64,000 nucleotides of DNA from a virus (IMGVR_UViG_3300035135_000378:5907-69906), one strand, 5' to 3'. Counted from the stretch's first letter, positions 44,637 through 52,523 are shown. Translations and numbers: made by a program. Notes: generated from the sequence alone by a model not told the origin.

Positions 44637-45092
44637 TTACAATTTGTAAACAGCCTTTGCAACGCGGTCCCATTCTTGTGGGGATACATCGTTGAGACGT
44701 GCGCGTTTCTTATCTAACGTCTCTTGCGGTTCGTCCACCATATCCCACACATCTTGGGTATTGTAGTACACATTACGAGAGGGTTGTGAATACTTAGGCT
44801 TCACTGAGACTGGTGCATCGTCCAGTTCAATGTCATCCAGAGACTCTCGCTCATTAGTTGCAGTATGGTAATTCTTTGTCACCTTTTCCAGTTCTTTGTA
44901 TGCGTTCTGGAACTTCACGTCGTACATAGACTTGAGTCCAAGTAGAAGATTAATCATTTCATCTTCAGCCGCACCAGACATTCCTACGAACTTAGGATCA
45001 TCACCGAAGTAGTGATATAGTACCTCGATATCGTCAACAACATTCCAACACTCCATGAACTTCTGTTCTAGTTCAAAGATAGGGTCACTCAT
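44637..45092 (-). CDS. hypothetical protein
   Basis: FELEQ..M.CWNVVDDI motif; ATGA-coupled. Confidence 0.7.
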   Translation of the reverse strand: MSDPIFELEQKFMECWNVVDDIEVLYHYFGDDPKFVGMSGAAEDEMINLLLGLKSMYDVKFQNAYKELEKVTKNYHTATNERESLDDIELDDAPVSVKPKYSQPSRNVYYNTQDVWDMVDEPQETLDKKRARLNDVSPQEWDRVAKAVYKL

Positions 45093-45757
45093 AAATGTTC
45101 ATCCCACGACTTCTGTATCACGTCTCTGTAATCTCTATAACCGTTCCGCAACGTTGAGTGGCCAGGAATGGTCAATGTGAGATTTGGATACATTACATAT
45201 CCATTTTTCCCGTTGTGTATAATGAAGTCGTTGAGTATATTATCACAACAGGCATCCGGATGAGCCCTCCCCATCCGGTCAATGTAAAACAATACGTATT
45301 GTCGCAACGCCTTCGCAGAGATGCAGTAAGACATTGCACTAGTAAACTTGTTGACCTTGTAGATGTTGCCCTGCACATGTTCTAGTTTTTCTAGTGGACG
45401 ACCACCAAGGTATAGTATGTCCCAATCATCGGGAACGTTGTCAAGAGCCTCTTGCAACATGCGATGACTGTTCTCATCAAAGTACACGTCATCTTCAAAG
45501 ATTGCGATACCGTTCTCGACTTTGGCGAACGATGCAGCCACCAACGCCTTGAGTTGACTGAGAACAACACCGAACTCACCCTTGTATTGGTAGTTGGTAG
45601 ACTGATACCCGTCGTAAGGTTTGTCTGCAAAACACCAGAAGACCTTTTCGTATATGCCTAGGTCCCTAAAGGTTTTGTTCATGACTTCTTTGCGTTCAAA
45701 GTCATGCGGTAGGTTGATGCAGAATATCTTATCGAAATAGTCAAATGGGTTCATCAT
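45089..45757 (-). CDS. glycosyltransferase family 25-like
   Basis: FCINL...ER, GE.G..LS, IFEDDV, WDILYLG, SYCIS. Confidence 0.85.
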   Translation of the reverse strand: MMNPFDYFDKIFCINLPHDFERKEVMNKTFRDLGIYEKVFWCFADKPYDGYQSTNYQYKGEFGVVLSQLKALVAASFAKVENGIAIFEDDVYFDENSHRMLQEALDNVPDDWDILYLGGRPLEKLEHVQGNIYKVNKFTSAMSYCISAKALRQYVLFYIDRMGRAHPDACCDNILNDFIIHNGKNGYVMYPNLTLTIPGHSTLRNGYRDYRDVIQKSWDEHL

Positions 45758-45763
45758 GTTTCC

Positions 45764-45790
45764 AAAATAAAGGGGGAGCGGACTCCCCCT
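45764..45790 (-). terminator. intrinsic terminator
   Basis: AGGGGGAG-TCCG-CTCCCCCT-TTATTTT. Confidence 0.8.
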
Positions 45791-45834
45791 GCCGTCTTCT
45801 GGGCACCACTGATTCAGTTATTTGTAAAGGGGAA

Positions 45835-45996
45835 TCAGACCCTTTTGGCTAAGATGTCCGAAAAGTTCAGACCTGAATATTTAGACGCACTAGAGCTCTG
45901 GTTATTGTACCATCGCTCTCTTGCCCCGTACTCTGTCATCGAGTAGGTCAGACCTACCTGAATACCCTTGTAGAAAATTTTCCATTCGTGTATCAT
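45835..45996 (-). CDS. small hypothetical protein (53 aa, not in track)
   Basis: AAGGA RBS; MIHEWKIFYKGIQVGLT... Confidence 0.6.
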   Translation of the reverse strand: MIHEWKIFYKGIQVGLTYSMTEYGARERWYNNQSSSASKYSGLNFSDILAKRV

Positions 45997-46010
45997 AACA
46001 TTTCCTTAAT

Positions 46011-46087
46011 TGGTCGGAGATGTAGGATTCGAACCTACGACCCCCGCATCCCAAATGCGGTGCGCTACCAGACTGCGCCAATCTCCG
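46011..46087 (-). tRNA. tRNA-Pro(UGG)
   Basis: CGGAGAT acceptor, TGG anticodon, ACCA end; 77 nt. Confidence 0.95.
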
Positions 46088-46297
46088 TTAACTCTTAGAA
46101 ACGAACTCGTTGATGACCTTGGCTCGGTTCATCACATCCTGCATACTAGGGTACTCAGGATACTCAGGTACTTGGTCCATTGTTGGGGCAACCTCAATGA
46201 GAGAGTCACGTTTTTCTTTCTGAGCCCAGTACTCATCGACTAGGGTTTGTTTCGCTGTTTCAAAGATTTGGAACCGAAGTTCATATGGTGTAGACAT
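46088..46297 (-). CDS. hypothetical protein
   Basis: AAGGAG RBS; MSTPYELRFQIF; PEYPEYP; stop abuts tRNA-Pro. Confidence 0.75.
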   Translation of the reverse strand: MSTPYELRFQIFETAKQTLVDEYWAQKEKRDSLIEVAPTMDQVPEYPEYPSMQDVMNRAKVINEFVSKS

Positions 46298-46325
46298 AAT
46301 AAGTCTCCTTAGTTGTGTGTGTAAA

Positions 46326-46393
46326 TGAGCAGTTTTCCTCTTACTCAGGAGACGGGCGTAACGACCAGAGTGAGTTTAAAGTCATCTCAGGAC
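46326..46393 (-). promoter_or_regulatory. tandem putative H-type pseudoknots in 5' leader
   Basis: two related units: GTC-CTGAGAT-GAC-TTTAAA-CTCA and CTC-CTGAGTAA-GAG-GAAAAC-TGCTCA. Confidence 0.5.
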
Positions 46394-46399
46394 TAAGTC

Positions 46400-46597
46400 T
46401 TAGTCGAGAGTGATTTCCTCTCGCTTCTTTCTAACCGGCTGACGAATACCAAGGTAGGTTTCGAGAATCTCGATCTCCTTGTCCTTACGGGCCTGCCACT
46501 TTTCCTCAGTGCGTCCGTTCTTCTCAAAGAACTGTGACGCCTTGAGACGTTCGAGTGCGCCTTCACGTCGGCGCTTAACTACATGCTTACCTCGCAT
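46400..46597 (-). CDS. small basic hypothetical protein
   Basis: GAGG RBS; R/K-rich. Confidence 0.7.
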   Translation of the reverse strand: MRGKHVVKRRREGALERLKASQFFEKNGRTEEKWQARKDKEIEILETYLGIRQPVRKKREEITLD

Positions 46598-46598
46598 A

Positions 46599-46808
46599 TC
46601 AATCCTCTTGTTTAGGTGGTTCTAGTTCTTCGTAAAGAACGCACCACTGTCTTACTCTTTCTTCATCCGCACATATCAAGCTTCCATACATGGGGATGCA
46701 CCTTTCTTTAATTTCTGTTCGGGTTTCCCAGTCAAGGCAGATACGATCATCTTTCTCTTGTGTGGCACATCCAGTAATCATTACGACGGGCAGAATCCAC
46801 TTGTTCAC
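46599..46808 (-). CDS. small Cys-rich lipoprotein
   Basis: MNKW + hydrophobic + ITGC lipobox; 4 further Cys. Confidence 0.7.
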   Translation of the reverse strand: MNKWILPVVMITGCATQEKDDRICLDWETRTEIKERCIPMYGSLICADEERVRQWCVLYEELEPPKQED

Positions 46809-47032
46809 GATTCACCCTCCGGACGACCTTCTGGCCATTCCCAAACTAAACAATGCGCCATTTGTATTTCTCGCACTACGCAAACTTGTTGCGCAACACC
46901 ACGACCACCGGCACATTCTAGTCTCTCAGTGGTAAAGGTAGTCCACTTTAGACAGAGACCTTTATCCACTTGTTCACCCATTGTACTACAACCAATAACA
47001 CTTGTCAACAACAATACTGCAAGAAATCTCAT
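46805..47032 (-). CDS. small Cys-rich lipoprotein
   Basis: MRFLAVLLLTSVIGC lipobox; 4 further Cys. Confidence 0.7.
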   Translation of the reverse strand: MRFLAVLLLTSVIGCSTMGEQVDKGLCLKWTTFTTERLECAGGRGVAQQVCVVREIQMAHCLVWEWPEGRPEGES

Positions 47033-47048
47033 AATTTTCTCTCATGTT

Positions 47049-47125
47049 TGGCGGAGCGGACGGGACTCGAACCCGCGACCACAGCAGTGACAGTGCTGTA
47101 TTCTAACCAACTGAACTACCGCTCC
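47049..47125 (-). tRNA. tRNA-Asp(GUC)
   Basis: GGAGCGG acceptor, GTC anticodon, GCCA end; 77 nt. Confidence 0.95.
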
Positions 47126-47505
47126 TAATATGGTTTGAGGCCTTCTTTGCCCCTATGGTATCTCCCCCATATACAGTGTGCAACTTCGTGTCCAAGCAAC
47201 TCAGGTTCCCACTGCCACTCGGGATCCTTTATAAACACGGTGCACTCGCCGGTCTCAGGTATCCAGAGAGTAAACGCACTCACTGAATCCCATTCTACTC
47301 CCAGATTCTTTCGTCTGGCTGCATTGAACTCGGCTTCGTTTTTGAGTAAAACAAAGTGAACTTGTGGATGCAAGTTCTCGTATTCCTTTTCTAGGAACTT
47401 ATAGTTGTCCGTACCGTAACGGTACGCATTGGTGACACCAGATGATGCGCATCCGGTGATGAATAGACTAATCGCTATCGTGAACGTGTAGCTGAATAAG
47501 CGCAT
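47125..47505 (-). CDS. lipoprotein with HExxH motif
   Basis: FITGC lipobox; LLGHEVAHC. Confidence 0.7.
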   Translation of the reverse strand: MRLFSYTFTIAISLFITGCASSGVTNAYRYGTDNYKFLEKEYENLHPQVHFVLLKNEAEFNAARRKNLGVEWDSVSAFTLWIPETGECTVFIKDPEWQWEPELLGHEVAHCIWGRYHRGKEGLKPY

Positions 47506-47815
47506 AATGAAGTACCTTTAGTAAGTCCTTTCGCGCATCGTCACGGGTCCCCTTCTTGCCGTAACGTTGTGCGTATTTTAAAACATTACCGATACAGAAA
47601 CCTGTACCATGTCCCCCATCAATGATGAATTCGGTCGCCTGAAATTTTTCTTTGGCGTAGTGTTGATTATATGTAGAGTCAATATATTTCGCAAATTCTG
47701 CGATCAACTTGTCCTCATTAAACTTGTAGTTGATGCCTGTAACATCAAGACTAAACTTAGGGATCTCATCCTCAGTCACGTAGCCATCAGCTCGCAGATC
47801 CTTAACGTTTTTCAT
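47468..47815 (-). CDS. DUF3310-like conserved phage protein
   Basis: YI..TY..HY, GFCIGNVLKY..RYGKK, K..HY; start moved to MKNVKD. Confidence 0.75.
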   Translation of the reverse strand: MKNVKDLRADGYVTEDEIPKFSLDVTGINYKFNEDKLIAEFAKYIDSTYNQHYAKEKFQATEFIIDGGHGTGFCIGNVLKYAQRYGKKGTRDDARKDLLKVLHYALIQLHVHDSD

Positions 47816-48114
47816 TACCACTCCCTCAATATAGTAGTCAAAATCATGAATCCAGATACCGCGTTCAACATGATCAACGCACGGTCTTTCCAGATGACGG
47901 ATACCCACGTCCACAAGATGATTCCGATGAACCCGATCACCAAATCATACATTCGGTAGTCCGGCCCTGCGGAACGCATAGCAAGGGATGCAAGTATAAA
48001 AAATGATGCGACCCACTTCAGGTACCAATCGAAATCTTCGGGGTACCACTCACGGTCTGGTTTGTTGCGACCGTCTGCTCTCACCATCGGGTCACCGCGT
48101 CCTTGTTTAGGCAT
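47815..48114 (-). CDS. small multi-TM membrane protein
   Basis: WYLKWVAS, W.DRALI.LN. Confidence 0.7.
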   Translation of the reverse strand: MPKQGRGDPMVRADGRNKPDREWYPEDFDWYLKWVASFFILASLAMRSAGPDYRMYDLVIGFIGIILWTWVSVIWKDRALIMLNAVSGFMILTTILREW

Positions 48115-48138
48115 AACTCAACTCACTTGATCATAATG

Positions 48139-48223
48139 TGGTGCGAAAGGAGAGACTCGAACTCTCACGCCTTGCGGCACTGGTACCTAAAACCAGCGTG
48201 TCTACCAATTCCACCACTCTCGC
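48139..48223 (-). tRNA. tRNA-Leu(UAG)
   Basis: long variable arm, TAG anticodon, ACCA end; 85 nt. Confidence 0.95.
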
Positions 48224-48226
48224 AAA

Positions 48227-48302
48227 TGGCTGGCGAGGCAGGGCTCGAACCTGCGACAACGTGATTAACAGTCACGCGTTCTACCAACTGAACTACTCGC
48301 CA
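48227..48302 (-). tRNA. tRNA-Asn(GUU)
   Basis: TGGCGAG/CTCGCCA acceptor, GTT anticodon, GCCA end; 76 nt. Confidence 0.93.
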
Positions 48303-48404
48303 AAACTAATGTAACGTATATATAATATAGCAGTAACAAAACTGTCATACTATTTACTGCCGTGAGGCAACAAAAATCGTCGAGATGACGATAGGAGAAA
48401 GCAA

Positions 48405-48689
48405 ATGAAACATCTAACTCTACTGGTGTTATCTATATTCGCACCAGCTGCACTTGCAAACTCAGTCACAATCTGCAAAGACGATCAGATACTTATATCG
48501 TCAAACAGTGTGCAAATTATATCACAGTCACATGACTCTGTCAAGGTTTACACCGACTGTAATCTAAAACTTTCACCCGACTCGAAAGTCGTAGTGAAGA
48601 ACCAAGGTAGACGAATCAACAAAGATTCGCGTATCCGCGTTCAGGTAGACAACAAGACGAACGTCTGTTCAGTCGTCCAGATCGCGTAG
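48405..48689 (+). CDS. small secreted protein
   Basis: AGGAG RBS; signal peptide MKHLTLLVLSIFAPAALA; 3 Cys. Confidence 0.7.
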   Translation: MKHLTLLVLSIFAPAALANSVTICKDDQILISSNSVQIISQSHDSVKVYTDCNLKLSPDSKVVVKNQGRRINKDSRIRVQVDNKTNVCSVVQIA

Positions 48690-49046
48690 GTTGATGACCC
48701 CTTCGTGGAGCCACTTCTCTTCAATAGGGGTCAACTTCTCGTTCTCGTACTGTCTCGCCTCAATTTCATCGGGATGATTCTGATACCCCTTTACCAAACT
48801 GAGAAGGACGTATCGTAAGTAAAATAAGATGACACCCCTTTGTTTTATCTGATACACGTGTTGCAGTTCATGACGATACAACTTAACCAACGAACGACGA
48901 TTCATCATCTCTGATTGCGCAATCTGTCCGGTCTCGTATTTCTTTGGTCGCATGATGACATAAGGCCAAAGTACAACACCTCTATAACGAGACTTCCACG
49001 GAAAAATGGATTCAGTCTCGCTCCTGTAGATTATCTTGAACTTCAT
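48669..49046 (-). CDS. HExxH metallopeptidase-like protein
   Basis: RHELQHVYQ, NHPDEIEAR. Confidence 0.65.
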   Translation of the reverse strand: MKFKIIYRSETESIFPWKSRYRGVVLWPYVIMRPKKYETGQIAQSEMMNRRSLVKLYRHELQHVYQIKQRGVILFYLRYVLLSLVKGYQNHPDEIEARQYENEKLTPIEEKWLHEGVINLRDLDD

Positions 49047-49161
49047 TTATCCCCCACCTATCTAAGGTTGCTTTGTGTATGGCCTTGTGTGAGTAATACA
49101 TGGTAATACCACCAAAGACCATAGGACACAAAAATACTGCAAGTAAACCAAACTCACCCAC
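49012..49161 (-). CDS. small membrane protein
   Basis: GTG start; hydrophobic GLLAVFLCPMVFGGI. Confidence 0.5.
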   Translation of the reverse strand: MGEFGLLAVFLCPMVFGGITMYYSHKAIHKATLDRWGINEVQDNLQERD

Positions 49162-49357
49162 GTGCGACGAAATCCTCGTGTCGGAATCCACGCTTGTATA
49201 GTTCGTTACGCATCTTGTTCTGATACTTAGGTTCACGACATGCATCGAACTCAGCCCAGAGTTGAGTGTTGTCTAGTTGATGCATGTAAAAATGTTTTGT
49301 TGGAGTCTTCGCTTTGCGACTCTTAGAGACATTACTCCTTTTATATTTGACTGGCAT
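49154..49357 (-). CDS. small basic hypothetical protein
   Basis: TAATG-coupled. Confidence 0.65.
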   Translation of the reverse strand: MPVKYKRSNVSKSRKAKTPTKHFYMHQLDNTQLWAEFDACREPKYQNKMRNELYKRGFRHEDFVARG

Positions 49358-49650
49358 TATTCAATCCTTTTAAAACGCTTGTACCCACTCATCACATCTG
49401 CGGCATCATCCACAGCTGATGGAGTGCGACCGATGTCACCTACAACTTCAACGTAGTCCGGTTTCGGTTCATCTTCTTCCTTACACCCACACCAGTTACA
49501 TTCGTAACCCTTTGCGACGTAGTGTTGTCCGTTGAACATACATGAGTGACTCCACATCACTTGTCTCATGTTTTCCCAAAAACACTCATTGAATGTTTTG
49601 TCCCAGTCAGTATTACCTGTTTTAGAAATAGGTGACTCGGCGATATTCAT
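49357..49650 (-). CDS. hypothetical protein with putative Zn/Cys motif
   Basis: W.H.C..., CNWCG. Confidence 0.65.
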   Translation of the reverse strand: MNIAESPISKTGNTDWDKTFNECFWENMRQVMWSHSCMFNGQHYVAKGYECNWCGCKEEDEPKPDYVEVVGDIGRTPSAVDDAADVMSGYKRFKRIE

Positions 49651-50033
49651 TACAATGCACTCAATGCGTTCTTAAACTCTTCGAACGTGTTTGACTCAGC
49701 CGCAATGCGTTGTACGTCAGACAACATAAGAACTGGGTCGTCACGGAAAGTCAGCTGACCACCTGCAAACGACAGTCTGCCGCTTTCTGCGTACAGAGAG
49801 TTGTTAGACAAATACAAGTGACGGAACTTATATTCCGCATTACCTAAATCATATGCCGCATTAGTATCTGGGATCAAGTGACCATCCACAGTACCAGATA
49901 CAGTAGTTGCACCAGAAATACCAGTAAGACCCGAACCGTCACCTACGAATGCATTCGCAGTTACAGTCCCCGTAACGTCTGCGTCACCAGTGACATCCAG
50001 ACCATTTTGTACCACAAAACTTTCATTAGACAT
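49650..50033 (-). CDS. short fibre-module protein
   Basis: FVVQNGL...AFVGDGSGL; HLIP..N..YDLG.A..KFRHLYLS. Confidence 0.7.
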   Translation of the reverse strand: MSNESFVVQNGLDVTGDADVTGTVTANAFVGDGSGLTGISGATTVSGTVDGHLIPDTNAAYDLGNAEYKFRHLYLSNNSLYAESGRLSFAGGQLTFRDDPVLMLSDVQRIAAESNTFEEFKNALSAL

Positions 50034-50088
50034 AATTGTCTCCTATCCTTCATTTTCTAAATCCCAAACACATTTGTTTGGGGTTGCC

Positions 50089-51330
50089 TCAGAACTGCTC
50101 CTCTTCGGTCGAACCAGACATTGCCGCGGTTGAAGTAGATCCCAAAGTCGTAGTAATGGCGTCGAAATAACCGACACCAACTTCTCTCTGGTGCTTGGCT
50201 CCTGTGTATCCACGTTCTTCTGCATCGAACTCTGCCTCCTGTAATAAACTGTAAGCATACATCCCCTCATCTTTGTATCGGTTCGCGAAATCAAAGACTG
50301 CATAGTTAGTCTGGTGAAACCCCGCCAGAGTAATAAACTGGAACTTGAATCCCATACGACCTAGTTCTCTCTGGAACTCTTTTAGTTCTTGATCGCCTGG
50401 TATTGACTTGCGCCAGTTGAATGATGGTGAACAGTTGTACGCGAGCATCGCGTCTGGAACTGCACCTTTGACCGCATCCGCAAAACGTTTCGCATCCTTC
50501 AGGTCTGGTGTTGATGTTTCACACCAAACAAGGTCCGCGTATTCTGCGTAGGCCTGACCGCGCACACAACCGAACTCTAACCCCCTACCCTCTTGTAGTT
50601 GATAGAATCCTTCCTGTGTACGATGTTGAATAGAGCCTGCACTACCTTGCGCAGATCTCCTAATGAATGGTTTATCGATGTCTGAGATGTTACTAGAGAT
50701 TAGTTTCGCAGACTCGGCGTCAGTGCGAGCGATAACAACAGTATCGGTGCCAGCAACGTCACTAGCAAGGCGAGCGGCGTTAAGATTGCGTATAGCCTGA
50801 CTAGTAGGGATAAGAACCTTTCCTCCAAGGTGTCCGCACTTCTTCTCGGCAGCCACTTGGTCTTCGAAGTGAACAGCGGCAGCACCTGCCTCGATAAGAT
50901 TTCTTGCAAGTTCATACGCATTTAGAACACCCCCGAATCCTGCCTCAGCATCGGCAATAATAGGTGCAAATTCAAATCCTTCTCCAGACTCAAGATATTC
51001 GATTTGGTCTTGTCGTCGGAAGGCATTATTGATACTGCGGACAACGTTAGGGACGCTATCAACAGCGTACAAAGACTGATCTGGGTAAACCTCATTGTGA
51101 GAGTTCGCAGACGCGGCAACTTGCCACCCTGAGAGATAGATGGCCTTGAGTCCGGCCTTGACGTGTTGGACTGCCTGTTGTCCATTGTAAGCTCCAAAGG
51201 TATTAATGTATTCGTGATCCTCGAAGAGTTGTCGCAGTTTCTTTGCGCCCATCTTCGCGAGGGTATGATCGATCTGCACCGTTCCTTGAAGACGACGCAC
51301 GTCTTCTGGTGAGTAGTTTCGTTTTTTCAT
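50089..51330 (-). CDS. aceA: isocitrate lyase
   Basis: AIYLSGW, YPDQSLY, PIIADAEAGFGG, HFEDQ, KKCGHLGGK, ARTDA, YNCSPSFNW, TLAGFH, KHQREVG. Confidence 0.97.
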   Translation of the reverse strand: MKKRNYSPEDVRRLQGTVQIDHTLAKMGAKKLRQLFEDHEYINTFGAYNGQQAVQHVKAGLKAIYLSGWQVAASANSHNEVYPDQSLYAVDSVPNVVRSINNAFRRQDQIEYLESGEGFEFAPIIADAEAGFGGVLNAYELARNLIEAGAAAVHFEDQVAAEKKCGHLGGKVLIPTSQAIRNLNAARLASDVAGTDTVVIARTDAESAKLISSNISDIDKPFIRRSAQGSAGSIQHRTQEGFYQLQEGRGLEFGCVRGQAYAEYADLVWCETSTPDLKDAKRFADAVKGAVPDAMLAYNCSPSFNWRKSIPGDQELKEFQRELGRMGFKFQFITLAGFHQTNYAVFDFANRYKDEGMYAYSLLQEAEFDAEERGYTGAKHQREVGVGYFDAITTTLGSTSTAAMSGSTEEEQF

Positions 51331-51356
51331 AACAAAGTTCCATTTAACTTGCGCGT

Positions 51357-51386
51357 ATTATACGCGATACATCATGTGAGTGTCAA
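51357..51386 (-). promoter_or_regulatory. sigma70-type promoter for aceA
   Basis: TTGACA-18-TATAAT. Confidence 0.75.
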
Positions 51387-51389
51387 CAA

Positions 51390-51647
51390 CTAATTTACAT
51401 CTTCTACTATTATGGTGACCTCCCCCAAGTCACCCTGCACGTAGATCACATAGTCGTATGCGTCTACATGTACACTGCTATATAGTCGGTCCTTACAGAC
51501 CTCGTTTGCAGCTCGATCGATTGCACGTTGTGCGGATCGGTAGACTGCGATGAGCCCACCTATCTTGTCGAATAGTATGTATACTTTACTTTCGTCGTAT
51601 ACATCATCTCCGTAGAAACCTTTTGGAAATGCGTCTCCGATACTCAT
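51390..51647 (-). CDS. hypothetical protein
   Basis: ATGA-coupled ORF. Confidence 0.65.
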   Translation of the reverse strand: MSIGDAFPKGFYGDDVYDESKVYILFDKIGGLIAVYRSAQRAIDRAANEVCKDRLYSSVHVDAYDYVIYVQGDLGEVTIIVEDVN

Positions 51648-51793
51648 CCAAACTTCGCGCCTGAGTTTACACTAATGCCTTTACGTCTAACGTAACGGTC
51701 CCATCCCTTGAGTACGAGTACAGGAACCACCACCAGACCGATGGCCACACCAAACGATGCGAGGATTCCTAAGATAACGTCTAACTCACTCAT
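51644..51793 (-). CDS. small membrane protein (49 aa, not in track)
   Basis: AGGAG RBS; TM segment followed by basic tail. Confidence 0.6.
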   Translation of the reverse strand: MSELDVILGILASFGVAIGLVVVPVLVLKGWDRYVRRKGISVNSGAKFG

Positions 51794-51810
51794 AATATGC
51801 TCCTATTATA

Positions 51811-52038
51811 TCACAAACTGAAGTAATGTACAACAGTAAAGAATCGATCACGTTTCCTAGATATGACAAAATTTGTACGTCGATCGACGTTAATGACCAC
51901 GCGTCTGTGGGTGATCGTTTTCTTTGGTTTACCGTAATGTTTTGAAAACATCTCACGGACGACTCTCTGCGTTTCCGTCGGTTGATCAAACTTAGGTGGT
52001 TGCTCCAATGCAACGCACATCAAACATTCTAATATCAT
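51811..52038 (-). CDS. hypothetical protein
   Basis: ATGA-coupled ORF. Confidence 0.55.
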   Translation of the reverse strand: MILECLMCVALEQPPKFDQPTETQRVVREMFSKHYGKPKKTITHRRVVINVDRRTNFVISRKRDRFFTVVHYFSL

Positions 52039-52523
52039 CGTGTCTCCAAATAAAATAGGTGGTCACCGATACGTCCTATGAAGTACATAGTCTTATTCCA
52101 ATGCGGGTTGACGTAATCGGTGTGGTAGTGAGTTGCACCTTCGGTCAGGCCTCGGTACTTGTTCTCGTGTAAGATGTTAACTGCAACGATGAGTGAGCGG
52201 TACCATGCGTCTTTCTCTTTAGGTTGGTCTGACTTACCGTCACAGAACCAACTGAACTGACACTTGTCCCGTACGGGGTGACCTTCCCACATTTTACCTT
52301 GATAGACAACACCGCAAATGGTGTTGGGGTAGATAGTGGACTCGACTCGATTGAGTACTACGTCCGCAACTGCGTATTGACCTGCAAGACTTTCTGACCT
52401 TGCCTCGTGGTAGATGTTGAGCGCAAGGCACGTCAACTCGTGGTTCTCTTCGTTATCTTGGGCCTGACTGTATGCGACACCAAAGATCACTATAAGAACC
52501 GCGACCATCAAATATTTCATCAT
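52035..52523 (-). CDS. cell wall hydrolase SleB (Hydrolase_2) family
   Basis: CLALNIYHEARSE, V..V.LNRV, PNTICGVV.Q, QFSW, GATHYH, IGDHLFY. Confidence 0.92.
   Translation of the reverse strand: MMKYLMVAVLIVIFGVAYSQAQDNEENHELTCLALNIYHEARSESLAGQYAVADVVLNRVESTIYPNTICGVVYQGKMWEGHPVRDKCQFSWFCDGKSDQPKEKDAWYRSLIVAVNILHENKYRGLTEGATHYHTDYVNPHWNKTMYFIGRIGDHLFYLETR

Noticed and set aside
44506-46039. Identical 19-mer TGTAGGATTCGAACCTACG at two sites as a possible att site
   Set aside because: It is the shared T-arm of tRNA-Ser and tRNA-Pro, and no integrase is present in the window.
46140-46175. Short direct repeat TACTCAGG
   Set aside because: Encodes PEYPEYP within ORF 46088..46297.
46010-46243. Plus-strand ORF MVGDVGFEPTT
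   Set aside because: Typical antisense translation of a tRNA (Pro).
46326-46393. Hammerhead ribozyme (CUGA...GAAA)
   Set aside because: The core CUGANGA-stem II-GAAA-stem III-UH arrangement is not satisfied; kept as a pseudoknot candidate instead.
42960-48302. Theta (HDV-like) ribozymes at tRNA 3' ends
   Set aside because: All tRNAs encode CCA and I could not build a nested double pseudoknot right after any of them.
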